Source: Cyanobacteria bacterium P01_A01_bin.123 (GTDB lineage: Bacteria > Cyanobacteriota > Cyanobacteriia > Phormidesmidales > Phormidesmidaceae). From it: a stretch of DNA of 64,000 nucleotides. The translations under genes were made by a program, and so were the position numbers. Within the stretch, counting starts at the first letter, position 1. The number at the start of each line of letters is the position of its first letter. The notes beneath the pieces were generated by a model. That model was not told the origin of the DNA. It was given only the letters and a program-made list of their open reading frames with translations, and did not search any database. This document shows, piece after piece, positions 1 through 9,441 of the stretch. The stretch is from assembly GCA_039815185.1 (NCBI GenBank), contig JBCBZT010000033.1, positions 27,838-91,837 on the forward strand. The letters run 5' to 3'.

Positions 1-384
1 GGCAGATGAGATGTCGGTTTGGGGTAGATGCAGCCAAAACGACTTGAGATGGAGCGGTCTGGCCCCCGTTTTGGATGTCGTTGCGCAACTTAAAAAATAA
101 TGCTGGAATTTCTCTAGGCATTATTTATGCTTAATAATTCTCATACCGAATTTCTTTTTCAAGAAACGATATTAAATTCGATAAAAGACTTTATTATTCA
201 AGATAGTCTGAACAACTCTTTTTAAATTGACTTGATTGATAATGTTGAAACGTACAGAGCTTGATTGAAGCAGATTTCTTCTGTTAAATATAAAACAACC
301 TGAGTTTGGGATAAGGAATTTTGCTAAAGTTCCTACCACCAAGACGGCTGTAGCGTGTTCCTATGCTGATCCCAACTCACTTGA

Positions 385-3300
385 TTATGGATTAAATGGG
401 TAGTAAGCCTGACTTCGGACAATGCTGGATTCACCCAAATCAGTAGGCTGTATAGCATCCTCATCAGAACAGTCCCATTCAGCTTTTAATAGCCTTTCTA
501 CGCTAGAAACCGAGGGATCCCATTGGGTTGGTTGATTCGTCAAAGGCCGCGCAAGCAAAACAAGTGCCCTACCCAGAATAGGATCACCCGAACTATCGCC
601 ACGGACCCAGCCGTTTGCATCTTCTGGAAGATATGGATCAAAGCAGGGTGCATAGATTGCTTGTCCTGTGATTTTCCACCATCCGCTGGTTCCCACCCCC
701 TTATTCTGATTGTTGCTTCCTATGGGGAAAAAGTTAAAGTAGTCAAATTTATTGGGCGCAACAAAAGGTCCGCTACTCAACTCATAAACCGACCAAGCCT
801 CATAGTATCCTTCTTGGTTGCCACTGGCTTGTCTATGTGTTCCGCTGATATCGTGATAGTCGTATTCGTATATGACTTTTTGTATAATTGCCCCTTTATC
901 TGCGATGTTTCCTGTAACTCCAAATGTTCCAATGTCTCCTGCATTACCACAGTCATCTCTTGCTGTTGGCGCATGGTGATAACTCAGATTTAGGGTTACT
1001 CCTCCTCCTGATGGTTGCTTACAGCTATCATCTTCACGATCCGTGTCATCTTCTCTTCCACATGGATTCCGTTCCCCAGCCGTGGCAGCCGGATCGTCAG
1101 GAATGGCGGGAAGTGTGCCGCTTCCCCCCGTGGCCAGAGCGGGGCGAGACCGACGCCCCGCAGTTGGGGCCGGCACGGCTTGCTGGTCATTGGCGGCAGA
1201 AAAGAGCCAGCGTAAGAGACTTCTCGCATCAATGGCCGCGGCTTCCAGGGCGATCGGCGCAGTTTCTGGGGCGGCAGCGGCACCAGCGGCCGCATTCGCG
1301 GCATTCGTAGCGGCGGCACTGGCCGCATTGGCAGCAGCACTGGCACTACGGCTATCACTGCTCGTCAACGGGATTGAGAAGCCTCCCAGGTCTAGCTGCC
1401 AACAGTCGCCCCATTCTCTACGCAGTAGGTTCCAGCGCTCGCGGAAGAGGGTAAAGCGCCGGAAGAGCTGCACCATGAGCATAGCATCGAGGTCAAAGCT
1501 GAGATTGAGGCAGGGTTCGAGCACGGCCGTATTGTCGAGAACCAGCTCACCGTTAACGCACCCCACGGTCACTGTGTTGATGAGTTCGGCGTCTAGGACG
1601 CCGCGACCGGTGCCTTGTAGGCTACCTTCAACGCGGATGACTTCGAGGAGGCAGAGCCAATCAGCGGTTGCGCCAACCGTGCCCGTCAAGGTCAGTGAAC
1701 CCTGCAATCCTGCTTGGACATGCAATTCTGCCATCCCGGCATACACCCCGCTGAAGGGATCGACCGTCAGGCAGACATTGGCGAGCCACGCTGGCCCCAG
1801 GTCAGCGCCGACAGTGGCATTGAGCGACCCGCGAGCAAAGACGTTCAGCATGACGAAGCCCAAATAGGGAACTTCAATGGGCTGAGCATAGAGCCGAATG
1901 TTGCCGGTGGAGGTTCCGAAGCGATCGCTCACGGACTGCTGATCGAACAGGGGAATATCGGGCAGACAGAGTTGATAGGTTCTCGGGCTACTGAGTTCCT
2001 CGCTGTCATCGGGGCAGGGGCCAGTGCAGCCAGTCGGACTCGTGGAGCGATCGGCAAACAACATTGGTGTTGGATCATTGGGAGGCCCACCCCCGATCCA
2101 ACTCACTGCATTGGGGACACCGTGTCTACAAACGGCTTCAAAGTCGGCCCGTAAATGGCAAGGACCCCAGTCTTTTTCGTCTTTGGTCGCCGCACACCAG
2201 TCATAACCAGCATCGTGTCGGCGACAGCCTTCATGGGTAGGACAGACAGCGACGTCTTTGTAAATCCAGAATCGATGTTGTCCGCTGCCAATATCCTCAC
2301 AGACTGCGAGATCGCCAACTTGATCACACTTTGTACAATCTGGCCCACAGGCTCCACGACACTTTGAGCCCGATGCAATATCTGGGTCACGGGGATAGAT
2401 TTCCAGTGGTCCATCCAGGGATGGCTTGGGATGCCCAGTCCAATCTCCACCTTTTTGGGAAGGCATTAAGCCTAGCGAAAAGAAGGCATCGCAGAGCGGA
2501 CAATCGTCGCTGAACATTTCCCGCTGCAATTCCAGCGGCAGGGCATCAAACGGCACCACATTCAGGGCGGGCTCAGTCCAGCTAATGGCCGCACTAGCTC
2601 CGCGACTGCCGACATCAAGACTGACACTAAGGTTAGTAGAGACGGTGGCATCCCGGTGCCACTCCCAGAAGGGCCAGTATAGCGTACACAAACGTTGTCC
2701 CAGCAGGCTCAAGGCACCATACCCCGCCAATCCCAAATCGAGACCTAAGCCCAGATCTTCGTAGCGATTAGCGCGGAAGCTAAAGCCACTGAGGCCCGCC
2801 GATACCGACACCTCTAACGTGGTCGAAGAGGCCAGAATGCCGCGTCCAAATCCAGCTAAGCCCGCTTCGAGTCCGACCACGGGCACTTGAATCACCAGCG
2901 GCGGATCTGGCCATAGGATCAAGACACCGACTTCCCCATCGAGCCCGAGACGCAGTTCTCCACCGAGGCCGATGGCCGTCATCACCGTCATGCTGCCGCT
3001 GGCGCTCAAGCTCGCCGCGAACGGATCGATCACGATGCGGAGACCATTCAACGTACAAGGGCCGAGCTGTCCTGACAATTCGGGGATAATCCCAGCATGG
3101 AATCCCAAAGCCCCATACAGGGAGACGACCGAAGTCACGGGTAACACGCCCGCCAGGAAGGGAATGTCTCCCCCAATTTCGGGCAGGGTAAATTGAACCG
3201 GCAGGGTGGGACACACCGGCAAGGGCGGCACGTTGATGATCAGTCGGCTCCCTGAGAGGGTGACCACACCACCCAGAGCCGAGGCCAGATTAGTGGCGAC

Positions 3301-4350
3301 ATCCCAAATCTCACTGGCAATACCACTAATGGTGTCTGCGGCATCACTGATGAGTTCGGAGCCCGTGTCTAGAATGTCTTCGCCCACTTCGACAATATCG
3401 CTGAAGCTTGGCAAATCGGGGAGTTCCAGACGCTGGATGGGTCGATCAGCGCTGTCATCCGTAGGATAAAGAGATACTGTCGGTGCGGGTTGACTGGCGG
3501 TAACAGGAGGAGCGATCGCGGTTTCCTCACGTTCCTCCAAACTGCGCTGGATTTCCGCCATCTGGAGGCGACGACCCGCCTGACCCTGCTGTACGGTATG
3601 GGTCAACTCATGGGCGGTCAGGGCGTTCTTGCCGGGTGCTTTCCCTACCCCAAAGTAAATGTCGCGTCCGTGGGTAAAGGCCTGGGCTCCTAGCGCTCGG
3701 TTCATTTGTGCCGCATCGCGGCCCGTGTGCACGCGCACTGGACTCAGGTCCACACCAAAGTGTGGTTCCATAAAGGCACGGACATCTCTTGATAGGGGAC
3801 GACCCTGACTCTGGCTACGTTGCAATTGTTGCTCCAGGTTCAGCGAGGTCTGAGTAGGGCCATCACCCTGACGTTGCACGCGTTCTTCCTGCTCACAGGC
3901 TACACATTTTCGCTGTAGACCCAAGCGATTTCCCGGCAGTCCCCGCGCAGGCAGCGGCGTAATGGTGGCCGCCAGCGGTTTGAAGGGCGGCGCAGAACGA
4001 GTTGCCGTATCCGGCATCGATCTTTGGATCAGATCCTCGGATTCGCAGGTGGCACATTTTCGCTGCACCGATTCCGCATCCAGGGGCAGGGGTTGAATCC
4101 CGTTGCCGCTAGCGCGATTGTCGTCTGGCTGGGGTAGCGGCTCAGGCACCCTCATGACGGCGTTGGCGATCGCATCGGCTTCCTGTTCATAGGGGTCGCC
4201 AGGCTGGTTGACGGTGAGCTGCGGTTGGATGATAGGCGATCGCAGGGCTAACGGCGACACGAGCGATCGCGACGACTTGGTCGACGGGGTCAGCTCAGTG
4301 GGGGCATGGGTCGGCGCATGCCGTCGCTTGCGTTCGGCCAACTGCATCAT
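385..4350 (-). CDS. DUF4157 (eCIS core) domain protein, putative polymorphic effector/toxin
   Basis: QLTVNQPGDPYEQEADAIA leader, two QRKCxxC motifs, DUF4157 core (FMEPHFGVDLSPVRVHTG...AQAFTHGRDIYF...AHELTHTVQQ with HExxH), Cys-rich central module, compositionally distinct C-terminal tip; lies downstream of the eCIS ATPase. Confidence 0.9.
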   Translation of the reverse strand: MMQLAERKRRHAPTHAPTELTPSTKSSRSLVSPLALRSPIIQPQLTVNQPGDPYEQEADAIANAVMRVPEPLPQPDDNRASGNGIQPLPLDAESVQRKCATCESEDLIQRSMPDTATRSAPPFKPLAATITPLPARGLPGNRLGLQRKCVACEQEERVQRQGDGPTQTSLNLEQQLQRSQSQGRPLSRDVRAFMEPHFGVDLSPVRVHTGRDAAQMNRALGAQAFTHGRDIYFGVGKAPGKNALTAHELTHTVQQGQAGRRLQMAEIQRSLEEREETAIAPPVTASQPAPTVSLYPTDDSADRPIQRLELPDLPSFSDIVEVGEDILDTGSELISDAADTISGIASEIWDVATNLASALGGVVTLSGSRLIINVPPLPVCPTLPVQFTLPEIGGDIPFLAGVLPVTSVVSLYGALGFHAGIIPELSGQLGPCTLNGLRIVIDPFAASLSASGSMTVMTAIGLGGELRLGLDGEVGVLILWPDPPLVIQVPVVGLEAGLAGFGRGILASSTTLEVSVSAGLSGFSFRANRYEDLGLGLDLGLAGYGALSLLGQRLCTLYWPFWEWHRDATVSTNLSVSLDVGSRGASAAISWTEPALNVVPFDALPLELQREMFSDDCPLCDAFFSLGLMPSQKGGDWTGHPKPSLDGPLEIYPRDPDIASGSKCRGACGPDCTKCDQVGDLAVCEDIGSGQHRFWIYKDVAVCPTHEGCRRHDAGYDWCAATKDEKDWGPCHLRADFEAVCRHGVPNAVSWIGGGPPNDPTPMLFADRSTSPTGCTGPCPDDSEELSSPRTYQLCLPDIPLFDQQSVSDRFGTSTGNIRLYAQPIEVPYLGFVMLNVFARGSLNATVGADLGPAWLANVCLTVDPFSGVYAGMAELHVQAGLQGSLTLTGTVGATADWLCLLEVIRVEGSLQGTGRGVLDAELINTVTVGCVNGELVLDNTAVLEPCLNLSFDLDAMLMVQLFRRFTLFRERWNLLRREWGDCWQLDLGGFSIPLTSSDSRSASAAANAASAAATNAANAAAGAAAAPETAPIALEAAAIDARSLLRWLFSAANDQQAVPAPTAGRRSRPALATGGSGTLPAIPDDPAATAGERNPCGREDDTDREDDSCKQPSGGGVTLNLSYHHAPTARDDCGNAGDIGTFGVTGNIADKGAIIQKVIYEYDYHDISGTHRQASGNQEGYYEAWSVYELSSGPFVAPNKFDYFNFFPIGSNNQNKGVGTSGWWKITGQAIYAPCFDPYLPEDANGWVRGDSSGDPILGRALVLLARPLTNQPTQWDPSVSSVERLLKAEWDCSDEDAIQPTDLGESSIVRSQAYYPFNP

Positions 4351-4502
4351 TTATCTCGGCATTCCTGCATGCACTAAGACAGCTCGATCGCGGGGTGTGG
4401 GATTGTTGATCATTGGTGTTTTCGAGGTGGGGTTAGGGATGGGCCTGGGGCTTAGGGGGTTGAGATTGCCACCATTGTTGCCAGCGCTGCAGATAAACCG
4501 AT

Positions 4503-4748
4503 TCATCCGATGGTCGTTTGAGCTTGGGGGGCTGGGGTATTATGTACGACCTTGCTGGCGACTGCATCCGCCTCGCGCTCATATTTATCGCCGGGCTGAT
4601 TGACGGTGAGCTTAGGTTGAACGGCAGGCGATCGCATGGCCAACGGGGAGATGGTTGAGCGGGCGGATGTCGCCGTCGACGGTGAGCCCTGTGAATCGTC
4701 TCGGGTCGGCGGAAGCCGACGTCTAGTGCGTGCAACGGTTCGAGTCAT
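4503..4748 (-). pseudogene. Truncated DUF4157-type effector N-terminus (81 aa; remnant or small leader protein)
   Basis: SPLAMRSPAVQPKLTVNQPGDKYEREADAVA closely matches SPLALRSPIIQPQLTVNQPGDPYEQEADAIA of the next gene; starts 1 nt after the ATPase stop; ends before any DUF4157 core. Confidence 0.65.
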
Positions 4749-4749
4749 G

Positions 4750-6783
4750 TCAGTTCAACGGGGAAACCGCCCCCATCTTGGTATATTCGCGGCGGATGCT
4801 CTCAGCTAGAAAGGGATCGGATAGGTCCGTCTCCGCTTCGACTGCCAGTAAGGTGGCGTGCAACGCGGCATTGCGGATCTGCCCCCCCGTCAGTTGACAC
4901 CGGATGGCCGCCTGCCGGAGCAAGGTCGGGCTTACAGTATGGGTGGGGGGCAAATGGAGTTGCCAGAGCTGTTGGCGCTGCCCGGCATCGGGCGCATTGA
5001 AGTCGACCACCACATCAATGCGACGCTGAAAGGCACTGTCAATGCGATTGGGGGCATTAGAGGTAATTAAAATAATGCCTTCGTATTGTTCCAGCCGCTG
5101 GAGTAGATAGTTGGTCTCCATGTTGGCGTAGCGATCGTTGGAACTGCGTACATCGGTTCGTCCCGTGAGCAGCGAGTCACCCTCATCCAACAGCAGAATC
5201 ACGTCTTGCTCTTCAGCCCGCGCAAACAGGCGGCTTAAATTCCGTTCCGTTTCGCCGATGTATTTGCTGACGACGGTGGAGAGATCAACCCGGTAGAGAT
5301 CAAGGTTAAGTTCGGTGGCCACTAGGCGGGCTGCCAGCGTTTTACCCGTCCCGCTGGCACCGCCGAACAAGGCTCTCACCCCACGGCTGGTGCCCGCGAA
5401 CCCAGATCCTAAGTGGGTGAGCAACGTTTCTCGATAGCGGCAGCGGCGAATCAGGTTGGCTAACTCGGCTCGGGTTTTCTCGGTCACGATCAGGGCGTCC
5501 CAATCGTGGCGGGTGACGATCCGCGTGGCCAAATTTTCTAAGGTTTGCTGATTGAGGGCGCGGCAGGCTTCCTGCACATCGGCTAGTTCCACATGAGAAT
5601 GCTCATTGAGGGCAGCATAGGCTTGCGCGAGGCGTCCGGCGCGTTCAACGGTACCCAACGTGAGTAGATACTGCTGGCTGGCCTGGGTCACCACATCGCG
5701 AGTGCCGTTGAGGTGGGGACCCAGCACCTGAGTCCATTGTTGGTAGCGGGCGGTTTCATCGGGGGGCGGCAGCCATAGTGTAATACAACCTTCCACCTGA
5801 GGACCTTTCAAGCTGCCTTCCCGACTGAGCAAGATGCCCAACAGTCCACTGTACCCAGCAAGATCGGGGAGGTTTAGGGCTTCTCCTGGGGTGAGTTCGA
5901 GGTCGATGATCGGCATGGCCCGATGCGCGATCGCCAGCGCTCCCGTCAACCGACACAAAGCTGGTAGGGCTTTGGCCTCTGGTCGCTGCAAATGCAAAAT
6001 CCCACACTGGAGGGATTGGGCCACGGCGGCTAAGGCCCGCAACCGTCCGGTGCCTCGCATGCCCCGCAGAATGACGCCACGGGTGAGTTGGCGGTTAACC
6101 AAGTCCGGCAGCTTCGCTAGGCGCTCTAGTATCTCGGCAGGGAGGAGTCCCTGCAAATCGGCAAAGCGCTTGAGGGTGTGAGGGGGCTGGTAGGTGAGAT
6201 GGTCGGCGGGGCGATCGAGAATCGTCCCGCACAGAGCATCCCAAACCGGGGTGGGAATAGACAAGGCTTGCGCGGCGCGGGGGCGATCGCCCTGATGACG
6301 AGTAATGAACCCCCGACGTTCGAGGTCTTGCACCACCACCCAGGCCGGGGGTGGTTCGTTCACCGTGTTGAACCGCATCAGATCCTCTAATAGCCCGATG
6401 GTTAGGCGTTGCTCATCGGGAAAGGGATGCAGCGCACTATAGAGCGTGCCGAAGCGGGCATCCATCTCGACCAGGCCAGCCAACAGAAGCGTCTGGACGT
6501 GGGCCAGGGTGAGACCGGCCTGCCGCAGTCGCATGAGGGGGTAATCCTCTGCCTGGAGGGCCTGATCGTCTGCCTCTAGTTGAGCCTGGCAGGCGCGATC
6601 GACTTCGTTGAGCGACGTGGCGTCGGGAAATTGGGCGTTTAATGAGGGGAAATAGGCAGTCAAAAAGCGATACTCGTCCAGCACCGAATCCCCGCCTACA
6701 GCACGGAGGTACGCGGCACAGTGTCCAATGCTGTACCGGAGCCACTGCTGCATCTGAATCTGGGGGCTAGTGAATATCGTCAT
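4750..6783 (-). CDS. AAA+ ATPase of eCIS (Afp15/Pvc15-like)
   Basis: Walker A GASGTGKT, VDLSTVVSKYIGETERNL, Walker B LLLDEGD, SSNDRYANMETNYLLQRLE, IDSAFQRR. Confidence 0.93.
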   Translation of the reverse strand: MTIFTSPQIQMQQWLRYSIGHCAAYLRAVGGDSVLDEYRFLTAYFPSLNAQFPDATSLNEVDRACQAQLEADDQALQAEDYPLMRLRQAGLTLAHVQTLLLAGLVEMDARFGTLYSALHPFPDEQRLTIGLLEDLMRFNTVNEPPPAWVVVQDLERRGFITRHQGDRPRAAQALSIPTPVWDALCGTILDRPADHLTYQPPHTLKRFADLQGLLPAEILERLAKLPDLVNRQLTRGVILRGMRGTGRLRALAAVAQSLQCGILHLQRPEAKALPALCRLTGALAIAHRAMPIIDLELTPGEALNLPDLAGYSGLLGILLSREGSLKGPQVEGCITLWLPPPDETARYQQWTQVLGPHLNGTRDVVTQASQQYLLTLGTVERAGRLAQAYAALNEHSHVELADVQEACRALNQQTLENLATRIVTRHDWDALIVTEKTRAELANLIRRCRYRETLLTHLGSGFAGTSRGVRALFGGASGTGKTLAARLVATELNLDLYRVDLSTVVSKYIGETERNLSRLFARAEEQDVILLLDEGDSLLTGRTDVRSSNDRYANMETNYLLQRLEQYEGIILITSNAPNRIDSAFQRRIDVVVDFNAPDAGQRQQLWQLHLPPTHTVSPTLLRQAAIRCQLTGGQIRNAALHATLLAVEAETDLSDPFLAESIRREYTKMGAVSPLN

Positions 6784-6788
6784 GGCAG

Positions 6789-8399
6789 CTACTCATAGTG
6801 CAAGGCAATGACACGGGCGAGTTCTGGTACCCAGCCCGGATCCCGATCCAACCCGGCCAGACGGACATCCAGACGGATTTGGTCGAGGCTGAACACCACA
6901 TCTACATGGGTGCGGGTGAGGTAGAGGGTGGCGGGTTCCTGCAGGTAGTGGGCGATCGCGTCCGGATATTCCAACCGCTCGGTCAGATAGGGGCGGACTT
7001 GGGTGAGGATGTGCGCTTGCCATGGGCTCAACAGCGCCTCTGGTAACGGTTCGCCCGCGATGTCGGCCAGCGGCTCCCACACGGGGTCGAGGGGCACGTC
7101 GGGCAACAACGCTTGGGCCAGTGCCGCGACCTGGTGCCAGGGGGTGATCACCGCCGATCGCTCCGGCCAATCCAGATCCACTAACACGTTGACCAGATAC
7201 CAGAGTCCGCCGATCGCGGTCCCAATTCCCAGCTCACCCATCGCGATCGCCGTGTCTGAGAGAATCAACGGTGGGGCGATGGGGCGATCCGGGGCCGATT
7301 CTGGCGGACGGTCAGAGGACTCATCGGGCGGGATAGCAGATAACCCAGAGGAGGAGACGGCGGGGGGAGCGGCGGAGCGATCGCCCGATGACGAGGACAC
7401 TTCCCCTAGCGCTTCGCTATGGACGGAGACGATTTTGGGAATCCCTGGGGGCCAGGAATGGGGAGACGCAGCGGGGGATTCCTGGGACGAAACGGTCTCT
7501 GAGGCCGGTGTTACGACGGGACGGTCAGGAGCGACAGGGAGCTTCGTCGGGGGCGGAGCGTCAGCGGTTTCGGTGGGCATCGGGGACGCATCCGCTGCAG
7601 CGGCGGGCGATCGCGTCGCTGACACCAGGGTTGCGGTATTGGGGAGCGTCAGACAGACGGCCACGAGCGCCTGGGTAACCAGCGGCAGTGTCGCGATCGT
7701 CGACGGTTGGGGAATCCCCAGATGCGGGGTCAAGGCGGCGACCAGGGTCTGGTGGCGATCGGTGGGGGCCGCGCCTGGTGTTACCGGAATCGAGACCCCA
7801 TAGATCGGCAGCACCGTGTCGAGCAAATGTTCGGCTTGGGAGGCGGGTAGGGCTCCGAGCAACTGCACTGCTTCAACCGGATGCGACTGATAGAGCAGCC
7901 TGAGTGCCGCTGGCAGCCATTGGGGGTCTGCTTGCCACTGGTGAAATAGGGCCTCGCGGGCCATTCCGTGGGGATAGTGGCACAAGACGGCGTGCCACCA
8001 CCAACGATCGCCCGCCACGCCTTGGTAGACATCCCAAGAGAGGCACGCCAGCCATTCCGCCGGATCTTCAAACCAAACGCTCGCAGCATTGGCAGACACC
8101 GCGGCGATCGCGGGTCGTAGCGCCGTGCGCCAATGCTGATTGAGGGCAGCTTGAGTGGCCTGTTCCCAGGCGCGTAATCCCTGCCAGGTATTGGCTGCCA
8201 AGAGCTGGCCAGGGTCTGGATCAGCCAGGTGACGAATGATCAAAATCGCCTGAGGTGGCAGTCCTGGATAGACCGCAATGCGTTCGAGCGCCTTCCTGAC
8301 TCGGCGTTCCTGAATCTGACACTGGGAGGGCGTTGCTGACTCCGGCAGGGTGAGCCTGACCTGGTGGAGGGTGAGGGCATGGGAGACAGCGGGGCTCAT
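6789..8399 (-). CDS. Putative CIS tape measure protein (Afp14/Pvc14-like)
   Basis: Directly upstream of the ATPase; low-complexity Pro/Ser/Ala middle; C-terminal GGLWYLVN...VRLAGLDRDPGWVPEL motif typical of CIS tape-measure tails. Confidence 0.65.
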   Translation of the reverse strand: MSPAVSHALTLHQVRLTLPESATPSQCQIQERRVRKALERIAVYPGLPPQAILIIRHLADPDPGQLLAANTWQGLRAWEQATQAALNQHWRTALRPAIAAVSANAASVWFEDPAEWLACLSWDVYQGVAGDRWWWHAVLCHYPHGMAREALFHQWQADPQWLPAALRLLYQSHPVEAVQLLGALPASQAEHLLDTVLPIYGVSIPVTPGAAPTDRHQTLVAALTPHLGIPQPSTIATLPLVTQALVAVCLTLPNTATLVSATRSPAAAADASPMPTETADAPPPTKLPVAPDRPVVTPASETVSSQESPAASPHSWPPGIPKIVSVHSEALGEVSSSSGDRSAAPPAVSSSGLSAIPPDESSDRPPESAPDRPIAPPLILSDTAIAMGELGIGTAIGGLWYLVNVLVDLDWPERSAVITPWHQVAALAQALLPDVPLDPVWEPLADIAGEPLPEALLSPWQAHILTQVRPYLTERLEYPDAIAHYLQEPATLYLTRTHVDVVFSLDQIRLDVRLAGLDRDPGWVPELARVIALHYE

Positions 8400-8480
8400 A
8401 AGGGCTGTGCGGGTACTTTATTTCCCCGCACTGGAGACGGCGAGTGGGTAGCCGGGTGGCTGAGTGACTCCGGTTAGGAC

Positions 8481-8558
8481 GCGACTGCGAGCCACTTTGC
8501 TTGTGTAACAGGTATTCCAGCGTTACCCGGTGCATGAAGCAATCTGGCCAGCGCTATA
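8481..8558. repeat. Partial copy of the ~105-bp structured dispersed repeat (MITE-like)
   Basis: GCGACTGCGAGCCA...AAGCAATCTGGCCAGCGCTATA aligns with the copies at 9183 and 45321; the left end is missing. Confidence 0.7.
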
Positions 8559-9182
8559 TTTGGCTTTGAACGCAGGGGCAAACAAAATTTAGGGGAGGCG
8601 GCTAGGCACTCCCCATGCTCACAGATACGGGATTCGAACCCTTCCGATACACGCAACGCTAGAAAACGCATATGAAAACGAGGCAAACGTTAGACGCAGC
8701 TCGAAACCACAATTGTCTGAACCAGCAGAATACGCAACGACTAATACCAATAGAAGCATCTGCACTTTCTAAAGTATCAAGGCTGAATTCTTTTTGGCGT
8801 AATTGTTAACCAAGGTTAATGTTTTCCAGGCTTGAATGATTTGATTTGAAGGGAATTTAATGTTGGAATCTTTATATTCTTGTATGGTTTTTTGTCGGCG
8901 TCAAAATGATATCCCGTGATCGTGTGCATTATAGTGAATTTTGGGGTTTTAAAGTACTGTTATGATGGCCGTTAGTCTTGCCACTAACATCTACAAGCGA
9001 CACTTCAAAGATTGAGATCAGAGCCCTAGCTCAGTATGTCAAGAACTCGAGGTTCTTGGCTAATACTTCTAAGTTCCGTTGTCGATTCCCCTGAAAATCC
9101 TGGATTCTGTGCGGGTGTTCTAGAGAATCAAATCCTGGTTAAAATGACTATGTTTAGCCTTGGGAAGGCTTTCCCTAAGAGA

Positions 9183-9287
9183 TATAGCCGTAGCCACAAA
9201 GCTTTGTGCGCTACGGCGAGCCAGGTTGCCTGTAGACTCAGCGTCCCAGCGCTACTCGGTGCATTAAGTAATCTGGCCAGCGCTATA
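9183..9287. repeat. ~105-bp MITE-like/structured repeat with TATAGC...GCTATA ends
   Basis: Terminal inverted TATAGC/GCTATA, hairpin GCCGTAGC-CACAAAG/CTTTGTG-C-GCTACGGC, second hairpin GCCAGGTTGCCT/AAGTAATCTGGC; homologous to 45321-45424. Confidence 0.8.
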
Positions 9288-9441
9288 TATAGAAGATTTT
9301 GGAGATGATCACCCACAACGCGATCACCCGAACCAAAAATACGCTAAGACGAATTTTTGCCCCCAGACGTCCTGAATAGAATCAACCTAAAAAAGCGATT
9401 CCAAGAAAAGATTAAAATCCAAATGATAACCACCTTGGCTT

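Noticed and set aside
1..121. Open frame on the minus strand (MPREIPALFF...) running off the window, possible immunity gene
   Set aside because: Only 40 codons visible, no clear RBS or motif, 260 nt from the effector stop
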